Origin: Myxococcota bacterium
Lineage (GTDB): Bacteria; Myxococcota_A; UBA9160; JAFDDA01
Direction: 5' to 3'
Length of the DNA stretch: 64,000 nucleotides
NCBI GenBank assembly: GCA_965228475.1
Contig: OZ245817.1
Span: forward strand, 2,944,001-3,008,000
The notes beneath the pieces are model-generated. The model searched no databases. It saw nothing but the letters and a program-made list of their open reading frames with translations, and was not told where the DNA came from. How positions within the stretch are numbered: position 1 is the first letter of the stretch; every line of letters begins with the position of its first letter. Shown here piece by piece: positions 38,828 to 48,934 of this stretch. The position numbers and the translations under genes were made by a program.

Positions 38828-39796
38828 TCAGCCCCAGGCGAGCGCGCGTTCGAGCACGGCCGTCGCCGCGCGCAGCGGGCGGCGCGCCACCTTGCGCTCG
38901 CCCGAGAGCAGCGTCACGCCGCACCCGCCGGGTTCCCCCGGCTTGCCCAGGCCGACGACGCGGCCGCCGGCGCCGCCGTTGCAATCGACCCGGGCTCCGC
39001 CCGGATCGAAGATGCCCGCGGGCGCCGTCACGCCGAGGATGAAGCCGCCCGAGCCGCCGCCGCCGCCGTTCGCGCCGCACCGGCCCTCGCCGCCGCGTCC
39101 GCCCCGGGCAGAGAGCCGGGTCTCGCGGTCGAGCCGGACTTCGCTGCCGTGGAGGACGATCGAGCCGCCGCTTCCGCCGCCTCCGGCCGTTCCCTGCTCT
39201 GCGGCACGCGCCGCGAACCCGTCGACGCGGACGCTCGCGCCGCCGAGCACCAGCGATCCACGCGCTCCGATCTGGAGTCCGCCGCCGCCGAGGCCGCCGG
39301 TCGAATCGCCGCTCTGGCCGCCGGAGCCCGTCTCGAAGGCTTCGTTCAGGCCGTAGCGCGTGCCGCCCGTCGCCGCGGCGCTCGCGCCGCCCGGTGCGGC
39401 GAAACCGCCGCCGCCGCCGGGGTGCGCACCGAGGCCGGCGCCTCCGGCCCGCGCGCCCGCCGCCCGCGCATCGATGCGCGCGGAGACGAAGCCATCGTTC
39501 GCGAAAAGGATCGCCGCCGGGCGCGAGCCGCGCACGACCACGTTCCCGGCGAGCTCGCCGCCGCTGAAGCAGAAGACCGCGATCTCCGGCGACTGCGCGT
39601 CCTGGCGGTGCACGGTGCCGCGGGAGCCTCCCGTCGCCTCGAGGCTGCACGTGTCGAGAGTGATCGACCCGGCGCCGCGCGGCGCGGGGCCGATCGGGCG
39701 GAACCACTCGGGCCGAAGCGCCGCGCCGACCGGCGGCGTCCAGGCAGGCGCATCGAGCAGCATGTCCACGGTCGGCCAGAACAGTCGCATCGGCAT
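38828..39796 (-). CDS. Glycine-rich hypothetical protein
   Basis: Repeated GGGGSGG-x-I motifs; GAGGGA RBS; start uncertain. Confidence 0.6.
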   Translation of the reverse strand: MPMRLFWPTVDMLLDAPAWTPPVGAALRPEWFRPIGPAPRGAGSITLDTCSLEATGGSRGTVHRQDAQSPEIAVFCFSGGELAGNVVVRGSRPAAILFANDGFVSARIDARAAGARAGGAGLGAHPGGGGGFAAPGGASAAATGGTRYGLNEAFETGSGGQSGDSTGGLGGGGLQIGARGSLVLGGASVRVDGFAARAAEQGTAGGGGSGGSIVLHGSEVRLDRETRLSARGGRGGEGRCGANGGGGGSGGFILGVTAPAGIFDPGGARVDCNGGAGGRVVGLGKPGEPGGCGVTLLSGERKVARRPLRAATAVLERALAWG

Positions 39797-39912
39797 TCCC
39801 TCTTCGGGTGGCGCGGGGTAGTGAGGAGGGAGCCACACCCCCTCGGCGACTCCCTCCCCAAACGAGAACGCGAACGCTCCCGTTAACTCCGCGCGAACTC
39901 CTCTTCAGGCAC

Positions 39913-40365
39913 TCAACTTCCCAGGGGCCGGAACGACGAGAGCAGGAGCACCTCGCGTCCGTCCTTGCGCTGCGAAACCACACCCGTCGCGGAGACGCGT
40001 TCGCCGGCGTGCTTGGAGAGCGCACGCCCGGCGCCGACTTCGTCCACGATCAACTTGCGCCGCCGTTCGGTGTCGACGATCTGGACCAGGCGGCCTTCGC
40101 TGGCGCCGCCCGGCCGGACTTCGACGTGGCCGATCACGGTGATGGCGGCCGAGACCCCTCCGCTCGCGGCAGGCGGCGCGGCCCCGACGGGCGGAGGCGG
40201 ACCGGCTGCCGGTTCCGAGGGTTTGGCTGCCGGTTCCACGGGTCTCGCGGAAGGGTCCGCGGCCTCCGGCGGCGCGCCGACGGCACCGCCGCCCGCGGAC
40301 AGCACGAGGCCCAGGGCGGCACATGCCAGCCAACCTGCCCAGAACCGTCCCGATACCCGCTCCAT
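39913..40365 (-). CDS. Exported hypothetical protein (Pro/Ala linker + small beta domain)
   Basis: Signal peptide; upstream sigma54 promoter. Confidence 0.65.
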   Translation of the reverse strand: MERVSGRFWAGWLACAALGLVLSAGGGAVGAPPEAADPSARPVEPAAKPSEPAAGPPPPVGAAPPAASGGVSAAITVIGHVEVRPGGASEGRLVQIVDTERRRKLIVDEVGAGRALSKHAGERVSATGVVSQRKDGREVLLLSSFRPLGS

Positions 40366-40398
40366 GGCCGCCCCCCGCTCTCGATGCCCTCCTGCTAG

Positions 40399-40414
40399 AG
40401 CAGCAATCGTGCCA
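40399..40414 (-). promoter_or_regulatory. Sigma54 (-24/-12) promoter
   Basis: Minus-strand TGGCACGATTGCTGCT with GG-N10-GC spacing. Confidence 0.65.
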
Positions 40415-40538
40415 GCGGACTGCGCACGGAACGCGCGCTGACGGCCTCCCGGCGTTCCCGGCCGGGAGTGGCGGCAATTCCGACTCGGTAAGAAAGGTGT
40501 CCCCGGAGGGATCTGGCCACCCTGGGCCCGCGGCGCTC

Positions 40539-41882
40539 CTAGCCCTCTTCGCGGTACGCCTTCAGGCGGTTGTAGAGGGTCTTCGGGCTGATGCCGAGGG
40601 CCGCCGCGGCGTGGGTCCGGTTGCCGCCGTGGCGCTCGAGCGTCGCGAGGATCAGGCGCCGCTCGGCGTCGTCGAGCGGCGTGCCGACGCGGATGCGCAG
40701 GTACGGATCCTCGCTGGCCTCGCCCGGGCCGGCGGCATCGGGATAGAAGACGTTCTCGTCGAGGTCGCCACCGGCCAGGATGAAGGCGCGCTGCAGCGCG
40801 TTCTTCAGCTCGCGGACGTTGCCCGGCCACGGCCGCTTGCGCAGCGCATCGAGGGCCGAACCGGTGAGCCGGCGGCTCGTGCCGTGTTCGCGGTTCAAGC
40901 GCTCGAGGAAGGCCTGGGCCAGCAGCTCGACGTCGCGCCCCCGCTGGCGCAGCGGCGGCAGCGCGACCGGGAAGACGCTGATGCGGTAGAGCAGATCCTC
41001 GCGCAGGCGGCCCTCGGCGACGCACGCCGCCGGGTCGCGGTTGGTCGCGCTCACGATGCGCACGTCCACGGGAATGGACGTGTCCGCGCCGAGACGCTGC
41101 ACGGTGCGGCTCTCGAGTACGCGCAGGAGGTTCACCTGCGCCTCGAGGGGCATCTCGGTGATCTCGTCGAGGAACAGCGTGCCGCCGGAGGCGCGCTCGA
41201 AGACGCCGGGGCGGGCCCGCTCGGCGCCGGTGAAGCTCCCCTTCTCGTGGCCGAACAGTTCGCTCTCGAGCAGGCTCGAAGCGATCGCGCCGCAGTTGAC
41301 CGCGACGAACGGGTGGTCCCGCCGCGCGCTCATGTCGTGCACGGCCTGGGCGACGAGTTCCTTGCCCGTGCCGCTCTCGCCCGTCACGAGCACCGGCGCA
41401 TCCGTCGGCGCCACGCGCGCCACGAGGTCGTAGACGTGCTGCATCGGTTCGGAGGAGCCGATCAGCGGGCCGAAGCGGCCGAGGGAGCGCAGCTCCGTGC
41501 GCAGGCTGCCGATCTCTCGCTTCAGGGCCCGGGTGCGCATCACGCTCGCGAGCGTCGCCTTCAGCCGGGCGCCGTCGAGGGGTTTCGTCAGGTAGTCGGT
41601 CACGCCGTGGCGGAGCGCTCCGACGGCGGTCTCCACCGTCGCGTGGCCCGTCACCACGACCACCTCGGCGTCCCAGGAGCGGTCGGCGTCGAGCAGGGCG
41701 AGGCCCGGGCCGTCGCCCAGCTCGAGATCGAGGAGCACGAGATCGGGTTCGTACTCCTGGAGTTCCTTGCGCGCCTCGGCCAGCGACCCGACCACGCGGC
41801 ACTCGCAGCCCTCGCGCTCGACCCAATCCGCCTGGCGGATCCGGAAGCGCTCGTCGTCGTCGACGATCAACACCCTAAGCAT
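40539..41882 (-). CDS. Sigma54-dependent NtrC/AtoC-family response regulator
   Basis: Receiver domain, GESGTGKE, ESELFGHEKGSFTGA, WPGNVRELKN, Fis HTH. Confidence 0.95.
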   Translation of the reverse strand: MLRVLIVDDDERFRIRQADWVEREGCECRVVGSLAEARKELQEYEPDLVLLDLELGDGPGLALLDADRSWDAEVVVVTGHATVETAVGALRHGVTDYLTKPLDGARLKATLASVMRTRALKREIGSLRTELRSLGRFGPLIGSSEPMQHVYDLVARVAPTDAPVLVTGESGTGKELVAQAVHDMSARRDHPFVAVNCGAIASSLLESELFGHEKGSFTGAERARPGVFERASGGTLFLDEITEMPLEAQVNLLRVLESRTVQRLGADTSIPVDVRIVSATNRDPAACVAEGRLREDLLYRISVFPVALPPLRQRGRDVELLAQAFLERLNREHGTSRRLTGSALDALRKRPWPGNVRELKNALQRAFILAGGDLDENVFYPDAAGPGEASEDPYLRIRVGTPLDDAERRLILATLERHGGNRTHAAAALGISPKTLYNRLKAYREEG

Positions 41883-43368
41883 GGCGCTCACCCCCACTGC
41901 TGCCATTGCCCCCGACGCGCGGGAAGCGCATCACCACCGCCGCCCCGCCGCGCGGGGCATCTTCCACGGCCACGGAGCCGCCGCAAGACTCGACCACGGC
42001 ACGGACCACCGTGAGCCCGATTCCCGAGCCCTCCTCCTTCGTCGAGTAGTGCAGGCCGAAGACCGCCTCGCGCTCGTCCGCGGGGATGCCCGGCCCGGCG
42101 TCCTCGACGCGCAGCTCGGCCCGCTCCTCCTCGGCCGAGACGCCGATCCCGACGCTTCCGCCGCCCGGCTGCACCTCGAAGGCGTTCATCACGGCGTTCA
42201 GGAGCGCCTGCTTCACGCGGTTGCGGTGCGCGTGGATCTTCACGACCGCGCCCGGAAGCGAGGTCTCGAGCTTCACGCCCTGGCCGTGGGCCTTCGCCGT
42301 GAGCAGATCCTCCACCTCGATGACGAGGGCGCGCAGGTCGAACTCGCTCGTCTCCTCGCGCTCGTGGGTCGTCTCGGACATCACCGCCATGAGCGACTGG
42401 TCGAGCCTGCGGAGCTCGGTCGCGAGGGTCTCGACGTCGCGCGCGGAGCCCTCCCCTTCGCCGAGCTTCTCGCGCATGGAATCGACGTGGAGTGCCATGG
42501 CCTGGAGCGGCGTGCGCACCTCGTGGGCGAGCGCGCGGTAGATCGAGGTGAGCGTGCGAAGCCGTGTCGCGGAGGTGAGGTCCTCGAGGTTCGCCGGCGT
42601 CGCCACGCCCGACTCGCCCTCCTTGCGCATGCGGTCGAGCTCGCGGCCGAGGGTCCCGGCCATCTCGAGCGCTTCGGAGAATTCGTCCCGGTTGCGCGTG
42701 ATGGCGGGGTCCGGGGAGCGGCCCTGACGGATCGCTTCGAGGGTCTTCGTCAACGTGTGGCCGCGCTGGCGGAGTTCGCGATGCAGGGCGAAGCCGAGCA
42801 GCGCCACGAACAGGAGGCCGCCGATCGCGGCGACCATCAGCTCGCGGTAGGCGTCGCGGTAGAGCCCCTCGAGCCCGCTGTCCGCGAGGGTCAGGCGCAG
42901 GTAGCCCGCCAGGTGATCGTTGCGCACGAGGGGGACGAGCACGGTGTGGCTCGCGTCGGAGCCGGCGGCGGGCTCCTCCTCGTCGAAGTGCGTGTAACGG
43001 ATCTCGGGCTCCTCCCCGAACAGCTCGTCCGGGAGGCTCTCCGTGGTGCCCACGGGCACGTTGTCGCTCGCCACGACGGTGCCGAGCTCGTTCACCACGG
43101 TCACCGAGGCCAGCAGCGAGGACTCGGCGGTCAGGCCGTCGATCAGGCGCCGCAGGTGGGTCCGGGTCGGCAGGTCCTTGCGGATGATGCGGGCGAGGCT
43201 CGCCTCGGAGAGCGCCGCCGCGATCTCGTGGCCGACGAGGTTCGCCGCGCGCTGGGCGACCTCCTCCTCGCGGCGGCCGATGCGCTCGTGCACGAGCACG
43301 GCGAGGGCACAGACGGTGAGCAGGTAGCCCGTCCCCACCCAAAGCGTGGCTTTGGCGGCAATCCGCAC
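41875..43368 (-). CDS. Sensor histidine kinase
   Basis: Two TMs, AHEVRTPL, NAVMNA, DAGPGI, GSGIGL. Confidence 0.92.
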   Translation of the reverse strand: MRIAAKATLWVGTGYLLTVCALAVLVHERIGRREEEVAQRAANLVGHEIAAALSEASLARIIRKDLPTRTHLRRLIDGLTAESSLLASVTVVNELGTVVASDNVPVGTTESLPDELFGEEPEIRYTHFDEEEPAAGSDASHTVLVPLVRNDHLAGYLRLTLADSGLEGLYRDAYRELMVAAIGGLLFVALLGFALHRELRQRGHTLTKTLEAIRQGRSPDPAITRNRDEFSEALEMAGTLGRELDRMRKEGESGVATPANLEDLTSATRLRTLTSIYRALAHEVRTPLQAMALHVDSMREKLGEGEGSARDVETLATELRRLDQSLMAVMSETTHEREETSEFDLRALVIEVEDLLTAKAHGQGVKLETSLPGAVVKIHAHRNRVKQALLNAVMNAFEVQPGGGSVGIGVSAEEERAELRVEDAGPGIPADEREAVFGLHYSTKEEGSGIGLTVVRAVVESCGGSVAVEDAPRGGAAVVMRFPRVGGNGSSGGERHA

Positions 43369-43538
43369 GCGATCCCTCCTGGCGCAAAGCGTAGCCCGCG
43401 CCCCGAAACGGTGCGAAAGCCGCCCAACGCCGCGTGGGCGCAGAGCGGACGAACGCCCCGCATGGGACGGTGGACGCTACGAACGGTTTGCCGGTTCTCG
43501 GGGGTGAGGAACGAGCGTTTTCGCCGACCGGGCGGCGA

Positions 43539-43901
43539 CTAGGGCGAGACTTCTGCCGGAGCGGTCTCGGCTTCGATCGGCTGCCCCGTCGGCCGCAGGG
43601 CGTCATAGTACGGCGCCAGGCGCGCGACCGCGAGGAAGAGGCCGGCCACGAGCAGGTCCGCGACGATCCAGATTTCCCGGGTGATCTGCACCTTCACGAT
43701 CGGGTTGAAGAAGACGCCGGCCGCGAGGAAGGAAACGGCCATCCAGGCGTGATTCTCGCGCAGGGAGACGTAGGCGCCGAACGCACACGTCGCGCAGATG
43801 TAGAAGCGCAGCATCGTGTAGTACTCGTCGAAGGGCCAAGGCGCGATGGCCAGGACCAACAGGCCGGCACCGACGTACAGCATCATCCGCAGCGAACTCA
43901 T
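43539..43901 (-). CDS. Small membrane protein (DUF6804-like)
   Basis: YYTMLR, FNPIVKV..R..W...D; 4 TM. Confidence 0.72.
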   Translation of the reverse strand: MSSLRMMLYVGAGLLVLAIAPWPFDEYYTMLRFYICATCAFGAYVSLRENHAWMAVSFLAAGVFFNPIVKVQITREIWIVADLLVAGLFLAVARLAPYYDALRPTGQPIEAETAPAEVSP

Positions 43902-44029
43902 CGGGTCTCCTCGGGCCGCGCGTTTCCCAGGGCGCGTACGCCACGGCTCATCGGGGAGTTTGTCCGCCCCGGCCCCGGGTGTCGGTGACCCTTGTCACAG
44001 GCAGGCTTCCCCGGGGGCATCGGTCGGGT

Positions 44030-45454
44030 TCAGGCCGTCTCGTCGTCCGGCGGGTCGAGCTCCGAGGTCACGAGACGCTTCTTCTGCCGCTCGGTCCGCG
44101 GGATCTCCTCGACGGTCTCGTGGCGGACGCGCACCTCGCCGGCAAGTTCCTCGTGGAGGAGCCGGCAGAAGTTCTCCACGTCCTCGGGGTGGTAGTGGTT
44201 GCCGGGCACCACGCGGACGATCACCTCGTCGATCGCGGTCTGCACGATCTGGAGGTCGGCGAAGCGGTCGCGGCCGTCGAGCAGCACGCGGTCCATGAGG
44301 AACTCGATCAGGATCGGCGAGTGCCGCGCGCCGGAGGGCGTCCGGATGAAGTCACCCTTCCGCCCGACGATCTGCTCGACCAGCGGATACTGCCGTCCGC
44401 AGTCGCAGCGGCCCGCGGCCGGCTCGGCCATGTCGCCCGTGCGGTAGCGCACGAGCGGCAGCGCACGGTTTCCGAAGTTCGTCGCCACCACCTCGCCGAC
44501 CTGGCCGGGCCGGGCGTGGGTTCCGTCGTCCTTCAGGAACTCGGTGAAGCCGTATTCCATCTGCACGTGGTACACGTTCGAGTGTTCGCAGTAGCCGAAC
44601 AGCGTGCACGACTCGATGTGGCCGTAGTGGATCCGCACGGTCGCCTGGAACACCTCTTCGAGCGACTTGCGCTGGAACTCGTACAGGGTCTCCGAACCGA
44701 GGATCACCAGGTCGAAGAGCTTCTCGTGGAAGCCCGCCTCCTTCAGGTGGCTCGCGAACAGGTACGCCAGCGACGGATACGCGATCAGGACGCGCGGGCG
44801 CTTCTCGAGCAGGACCTCGACGTAGCGATCCACGGTGGCGGGCGAGAGCCGGTGCGCCGAGAGCACCACCGCGTTCGACGGCTTGTCCATGTACCAGATG
44901 CCGTCGTTCAGGTCCGCCGGGCAGTCGCGATGCTGCAGGATCGCCGCCGTCATGTTGTGGCGATATCCGATGCGCTCCCAGAGATGCCACATGAACGCGC
45001 GCGAGCGGTTGCGATAGGACTCCTCGAAGGGAATCACGACGCCGGGCCCCGTCGTCCCGCCGGTGCAGAACTCGATCAGCGTCCGGCGGTCGACCTCGGG
45101 CGAGATCATGCGGTCGATGTGCTCGCGCAGGTCGTTCTTGTCGATGGTCGGGAAGCGGCGGATGTCGTCGAGGCTGCGAAGGCGGTCCGGCTTCACGCCG
45201 GCACGATCGTAGAGGTCCTTGTAGAAGGGACTCATGTGGTACGCGTGCTCGACGGTCTTCTTCAGCTCCTGGAACTGGTAGGCCTCGAGCTGCTCGTGGC
45301 TCCACCACTGGCTCTTCTCGAGCATGCGCCGGGTCTTGCGGTAGTCCGAGCCGTGGCGCACGGAGAGCGGGACGTGGCGCGCGACCGTTCCCACCAGACC
45401 GGTCATCAGGTGGGGGTAGCGGTTGAAGACTGCGCGTCCGATCCGGTAGAGCAT
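44030..45454 (-). CDS. Phenylacetate-CoA ligase/CapK-family AMP-binding enzyme
   Basis: TGGTTG, YGHIE, PLVRYRTGD, IVGRKGD. Confidence 0.88.
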   Translation of the reverse strand: MLYRIGRAVFNRYPHLMTGLVGTVARHVPLSVRHGSDYRKTRRMLEKSQWWSHEQLEAYQFQELKKTVEHAYHMSPFYKDLYDRAGVKPDRLRSLDDIRRFPTIDKNDLREHIDRMISPEVDRRTLIEFCTGGTTGPGVVIPFEESYRNRSRAFMWHLWERIGYRHNMTAAILQHRDCPADLNDGIWYMDKPSNAVVLSAHRLSPATVDRYVEVLLEKRPRVLIAYPSLAYLFASHLKEAGFHEKLFDLVILGSETLYEFQRKSLEEVFQATVRIHYGHIESCTLFGYCEHSNVYHVQMEYGFTEFLKDDGTHARPGQVGEVVATNFGNRALPLVRYRTGDMAEPAAGRCDCGRQYPLVEQIVGRKGDFIRTPSGARHSPILIEFLMDRVLLDGRDRFADLQIVQTAIDEVIVRVVPGNHYHPEDVENFCRLLHEELAGEVRVRHETVEEIPRTERQKKRLVTSELDPPDDETA

Positions 45455-45473
45455 GGTTCGCGGCGCCCGCCGG

Positions 45474-46928
45474 CTAGCGAGCGCCCGCCTCCCCCGCCGC
45501 CCGGACCCCGGCCCGGATGGCGTCGAGGAGCCCGTCGAGCTCCGCTTCCCCCGTGAAGGGGTTCTGGAACGTACAGCGCAGCCAGTTCTTGCCTGCGAGG
45601 TCCACGGAGACGACGTAGTGGCTGCCGCCGTCGATGATGCCGCGCCGCACGCGCTCGTGGAGCCCGTCGCCGTGGGCGCCGCCGTCGCGCAGGTGCCGGA
45701 AGCAGACGATGTTGGCGTCCGGCTCCATGAAGAGCTCGAACTCCGGCGCCGCGTTGATCTTGTCCGCGAACAGGCGCGCGACGTCGAAGCAGCGCGTCAC
45801 GTAGTCCCGGAAGACGCCGACGCCGTGGACACGCAGGGCCGTGTAGAGCAGCACGGCGGCCCCTGGCCGGGTGCACTCGACGGTGCGGTTGCCCGGGTTG
45901 TACCACTCCTCGTCCGGGCGCTCCTCGAAGAGGTACGTCGCCTCCTGCCGGAAGGTCTCGTAGGAGCGCCGCCCGTCGCGGAAGAGCACCGCGGTCAGGA
46001 CCGCGGGCATCATCATCATCTTGTGGCAGTCCCAGACGATCGAGTCCGCGCGCTCGAGCCCGGCGGCGCGATCGCGATACTTCTTCGAGAGCACGACGCT
46101 CCCGCCGTGGGCCGCATCGACGTGGAACCACAGGCCGTGCTCGGCGCAGAAGTCGGCGATCGCCTCGAGGGGGTCGTAGCTGCCGGTCGCCGTCGTGCAG
46201 GCGCTTCCGACCACCGCGATCGTCCGCCGCCCGGCCGCGTGCGCCTGCTCGAGGACGCCCGGCAGCGCCGCGGCGTCGAGCCGGAGGTTCTCGTCGACGG
46301 GCACCTTGAAGACGCCCGCGTCGCCCCAGCCCATGATGCGCGCGGCGCGCGAGACGCAGTAGTGCGCCTGCTCGGAGACGAGCACGCACAGATCGTCGCC
46401 GGCGGTCTGCCCCCGGCTCCAGAGGTCGAACCCGGCGAGGCTCTGGCGCGCGGCGAGCAGCGCCGTCAGGTTCCCGAGCGAGCCGCCGTTGGTGATGATG
46501 CCCTCGCTCTCCTGGGGCAGGCCGATCTCGTCGCTCATCCAGCGCAGGACGCGGAACTCGATCGGAACGACCGCCGGGCCGGTCTCGTAGACCGACGGGT
46601 CGTTGTTCATCAGCGACGTCAGCATCCCGGCGAGCGCGGCGGAGGGCATCGGGAAGCCGTCCTGGTGCCCCATCGTTCCCGGATGATGCAGATGGAACCC
46701 GCGGCGCAGGAGATCCTCGGCGACCTCCTTCACGAGCGAGCCCGGCTCCTCCCCGAACATCGGCGTGGCGGCGAGCTGTTCGTCGGGCTCGACCCAGGGC
46801 AGCACGGAAGGCGTGCGCCCGGCGAGCGCGGTCTCGAGGTAGTCGGCGAGGCGATCCACGAGATCGTGGCCGCTCTCGCGAAACCGGGCGGTGTCGAAGG
46901 CGGCCTTGAGGCGGCCCAGCTCATCCAT
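45474..46928 (-). CDS. Group II PLP-dependent amino-acid decarboxylase
   Basis: GGSLGNL, HYCV, HVDAAHGG, DSIVWDCHK. Confidence 0.9.
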   Translation of the reverse strand: MDELGRLKAAFDTARFRESGHDLVDRLADYLETALAGRTPSVLPWVEPDEQLAATPMFGEEPGSLVKEVAEDLLRRGFHLHHPGTMGHQDGFPMPSAALAGMLTSLMNNDPSVYETGPAVVPIEFRVLRWMSDEIGLPQESEGIITNGGSLGNLTALLAARQSLAGFDLWSRGQTAGDDLCVLVSEQAHYCVSRAARIMGWGDAGVFKVPVDENLRLDAAALPGVLEQAHAAGRRTIAVVGSACTTATGSYDPLEAIADFCAEHGLWFHVDAAHGGSVVLSKKYRDRAAGLERADSIVWDCHKMMMMPAVLTAVLFRDGRRSYETFRQEATYLFEERPDEEWYNPGNRTVECTRPGAAVLLYTALRVHGVGVFRDYVTRCFDVARLFADKINAAPEFELFMEPDANIVCFRHLRDGGAHGDGLHERVRRGIIDGGSHYVVSVDLAGKNWLRCTFQNPFTGEAELDGLLDAIRAGVRAAGEAGAR

Positions 46929-47056
46929 GTTCTCGATCACTCCCGCATCGGCGGCCGCCGCCCCGGACCGACATTCCCGTTCGAACGGCCCTTCAGTGTA
47001 CCGGATGCCCCCGGGGGCCGCCTCGCCCGAGCGCCATCCCCTGCCAGCTGGAGCGG

Positions 47057-47542
47057 CTAGAAGCGCAGCCGCGAGGCCTCCATCCGGACAAGATCGACCA
47101 CGCCGACGGCGTTCCAGCCCGCCACGTGCCCCGCGCACTCCCCCGGGTTGAAGACCAGACAGCCGGCTCGGCGCTCTTCTACGTACTCATGGTTGTGGCC
47201 ATGAAGTGCCAGTTGGTGATGGCCTCCGAGGGCCGCCTCGAGATCCTGCGGGTCGTGGACGACGACGATGTTCCGCCCGGCGAAGCAGAGTTCGAGGGGC
47301 GGCTCTGCCAGCGTCATGCCGACGCGTTGCGCAGCGGCTGCCAGCGGGTCGCGCTCGAGATCGTTGTTCCCGTAGACGCCGAAGACCGGCGCCTCGAGCC
47401 CTGCCAGCGCCTCGACCGTCTTGGCCTGGGTGATGTCGCCCGTGTGGACGACCCGCTCGACCCGCGCCTCGTTGAAGAGCTCGACGATCCGCCGCACGTT
47501 CGGCAGGTGGTTGTGCGTGTCGCTCACGACGCCGATGCGCAT
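47057..47542 (-). CDS. YfcE-like metallophosphoesterase
   Basis: VSDTH, HTGD, GNND, HGHNH, NPGE. Confidence 0.9.
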   Translation of the reverse strand: MRIGVVSDTHNHLPNVRRIVELFNEARVERVVHTGDITQAKTVEALAGLEAPVFGVYGNNDLERDPLAAAAQRVGMTLAEPPLELCFAGRNIVVVHDPQDLEAALGGHHQLALHGHNHEYVEERRAGCLVFNPGECAGHVAGWNAVGVVDLVRMEASRLRF

Positions 47543-47583
47543 CTCGATCTTTCTCTCTCGCTCACGACGCCGATGCGCATCTC
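47520..47583. repeat. 26-bp direct repeat duplicating the phosphoesterase start region
   Basis: TCGCTCACGACGCCGATGCGCATCTC at 47520-47545 and 47558-47583. Confidence 0.85.
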
Positions 47584-48934
47584 ACTCCTCGCCCAGCCCG
47601 GTCGGTGACGCCGGAACCGCGAACTCGAGGGACGCGACGGCGGCCTCGAACCAGCCCTCGTAGCGCGGGAACTGCTCGCTCGCACAGTCGGCGATCACGA
47701 TGAGCACCCGCCCGTCGCCCACCTCGAGGAAGCTCAGCAGCTCCGTCGCTCCGGGCAGCCGGTTGCGGACGACCCAGCGCAGGCCCGGCCGCCCCGCGAC
47801 CTCGAAGCGATCCTGGTCCACGAGCACGCCGCCGCGCAGGTGCGCCGCCGCGTGGCGCTGGAGGTACGAGTCGATGCTCGGGTGCCGGCGGACGATCACC
47901 TGGAACGAGGCGTCGTAGTCCCAGGCCACGCCGTGCACCGCGATCACGCCGTGGGAGGTCTCGATCCGCGTCCAACCGCGCGGGAGGTGGATCTCGTACC
48001 CGAAGCGCGGGTCGACGTGGGGCGCGACGGAGAGCGCCGGGTGGTCGCCCGCCGGCCCCGCCGGTGCGGGCGACGCCTCGGCGCTGCCCACCTGCGCCAT
48101 GCGCATGTAGACCGTCCCGCTCTCCAGGCGGTAGAGCGAGACGAAGGAGTTGATGTCCTCGTTCGAGAGCACCTCGCCGACGGCCCCGTCCCGCGCCACC
48201 GGGTACATGAGGTCGCCGGGAATCGGGCTGTGGCGGCTCATCCCGAGCACGTGTCCGAGTTCGTGGAGCGCCAGCCGCTCGACCTGGCCCGGCTCGAGCA
48301 GGCCGTTCTCGTCGGCCACGAACACGCGGAAGGTCGCGACGTCGAACTCCGTGACCAGGCGCTCGGCGTCCGGGTCCCAGTTGCGGACGCGGCAGGCGCC
48401 GCCGAGCGGGGTCGCGCCGAGCACGCGTACGTCGGCCTCGGGGACCGGGCCGACCTCTCCGCGGAGCTCGACCCGGACGTCCGCTTCCTCCGGCGTATCC
48501 ACGTAGCGGAAGCGCACGAGCCCCTCGAGGTTGCGCTCCCAGGTCTCCACCGCGACGCGCACGGCCGTCACGTAGTGCTCCGGCGGCTTCGGATGGAATT
48601 CGTCCTGGAGCGCCTCGGGAATCACCGGCGCCGCGATGTAGACGCGGAGCGGGAAGCGCTCCTCGGCCCAGCGGCAGAAGACCATCGCGTCCCCGCCGGC
48701 GTCGTCGATGGGGAAACGATGGACCATGAACGGGAGGTAGTTCGGATCGAGGATCTCGGGGTAGGCCGCGCGGAAGGCCGCGTAGTCGCGCCGGTCGGGC
48801 TGGTAGTCACCCCAGGCGATCGACGCCGGGCTGCCCGTCGACAGCGAGGGCGTTGCGCAGCCGAGGGTCGCCGCGAGCCCGGCCCCCGCGGCGCACGAAA
48901 GCAGCGCCCGCACCGCCCGGCGGCCCCGGCTCAC
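47582..48934 (-). CDS. Matrixin/metzincin-like metalloprotease lipoprotein
   Basis: HELGHVLGMSRH, Met-turn DLMYP, lipobox-like TLGC; start uncertain. Confidence 0.82.
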   Translation of the reverse strand: MSRGRRAVRALLSCAAGAGLAATLGCATPSLSTGSPASIAWGDYQPDRRDYAAFRAAYPEILDPNYLPFMVHRFPIDDAGGDAMVFCRWAEERFPLRVYIAAPVIPEALQDEFHPKPPEHYVTAVRVAVETWERNLEGLVRFRYVDTPEEADVRVELRGEVGPVPEADVRVLGATPLGGACRVRNWDPDAERLVTEFDVATFRVFVADENGLLEPGQVERLALHELGHVLGMSRHSPIPGDLMYPVARDGAVGEVLSNEDINSFVSLYRLESGTVYMRMAQVGSAEASPAPAGPAGDHPALSVAPHVDPRFGYEIHLPRGWTRIETSHGVIAVHGVAWDYDASFQVIVRRHPSIDSYLQRHAAAHLRGGVLVDQDRFEVAGRPGLRWVVRNRLPGATELLSFLEVGDGRVLIVIADCASEQFPRYEGWFEAAVASLEFAVPASPTGLGEE

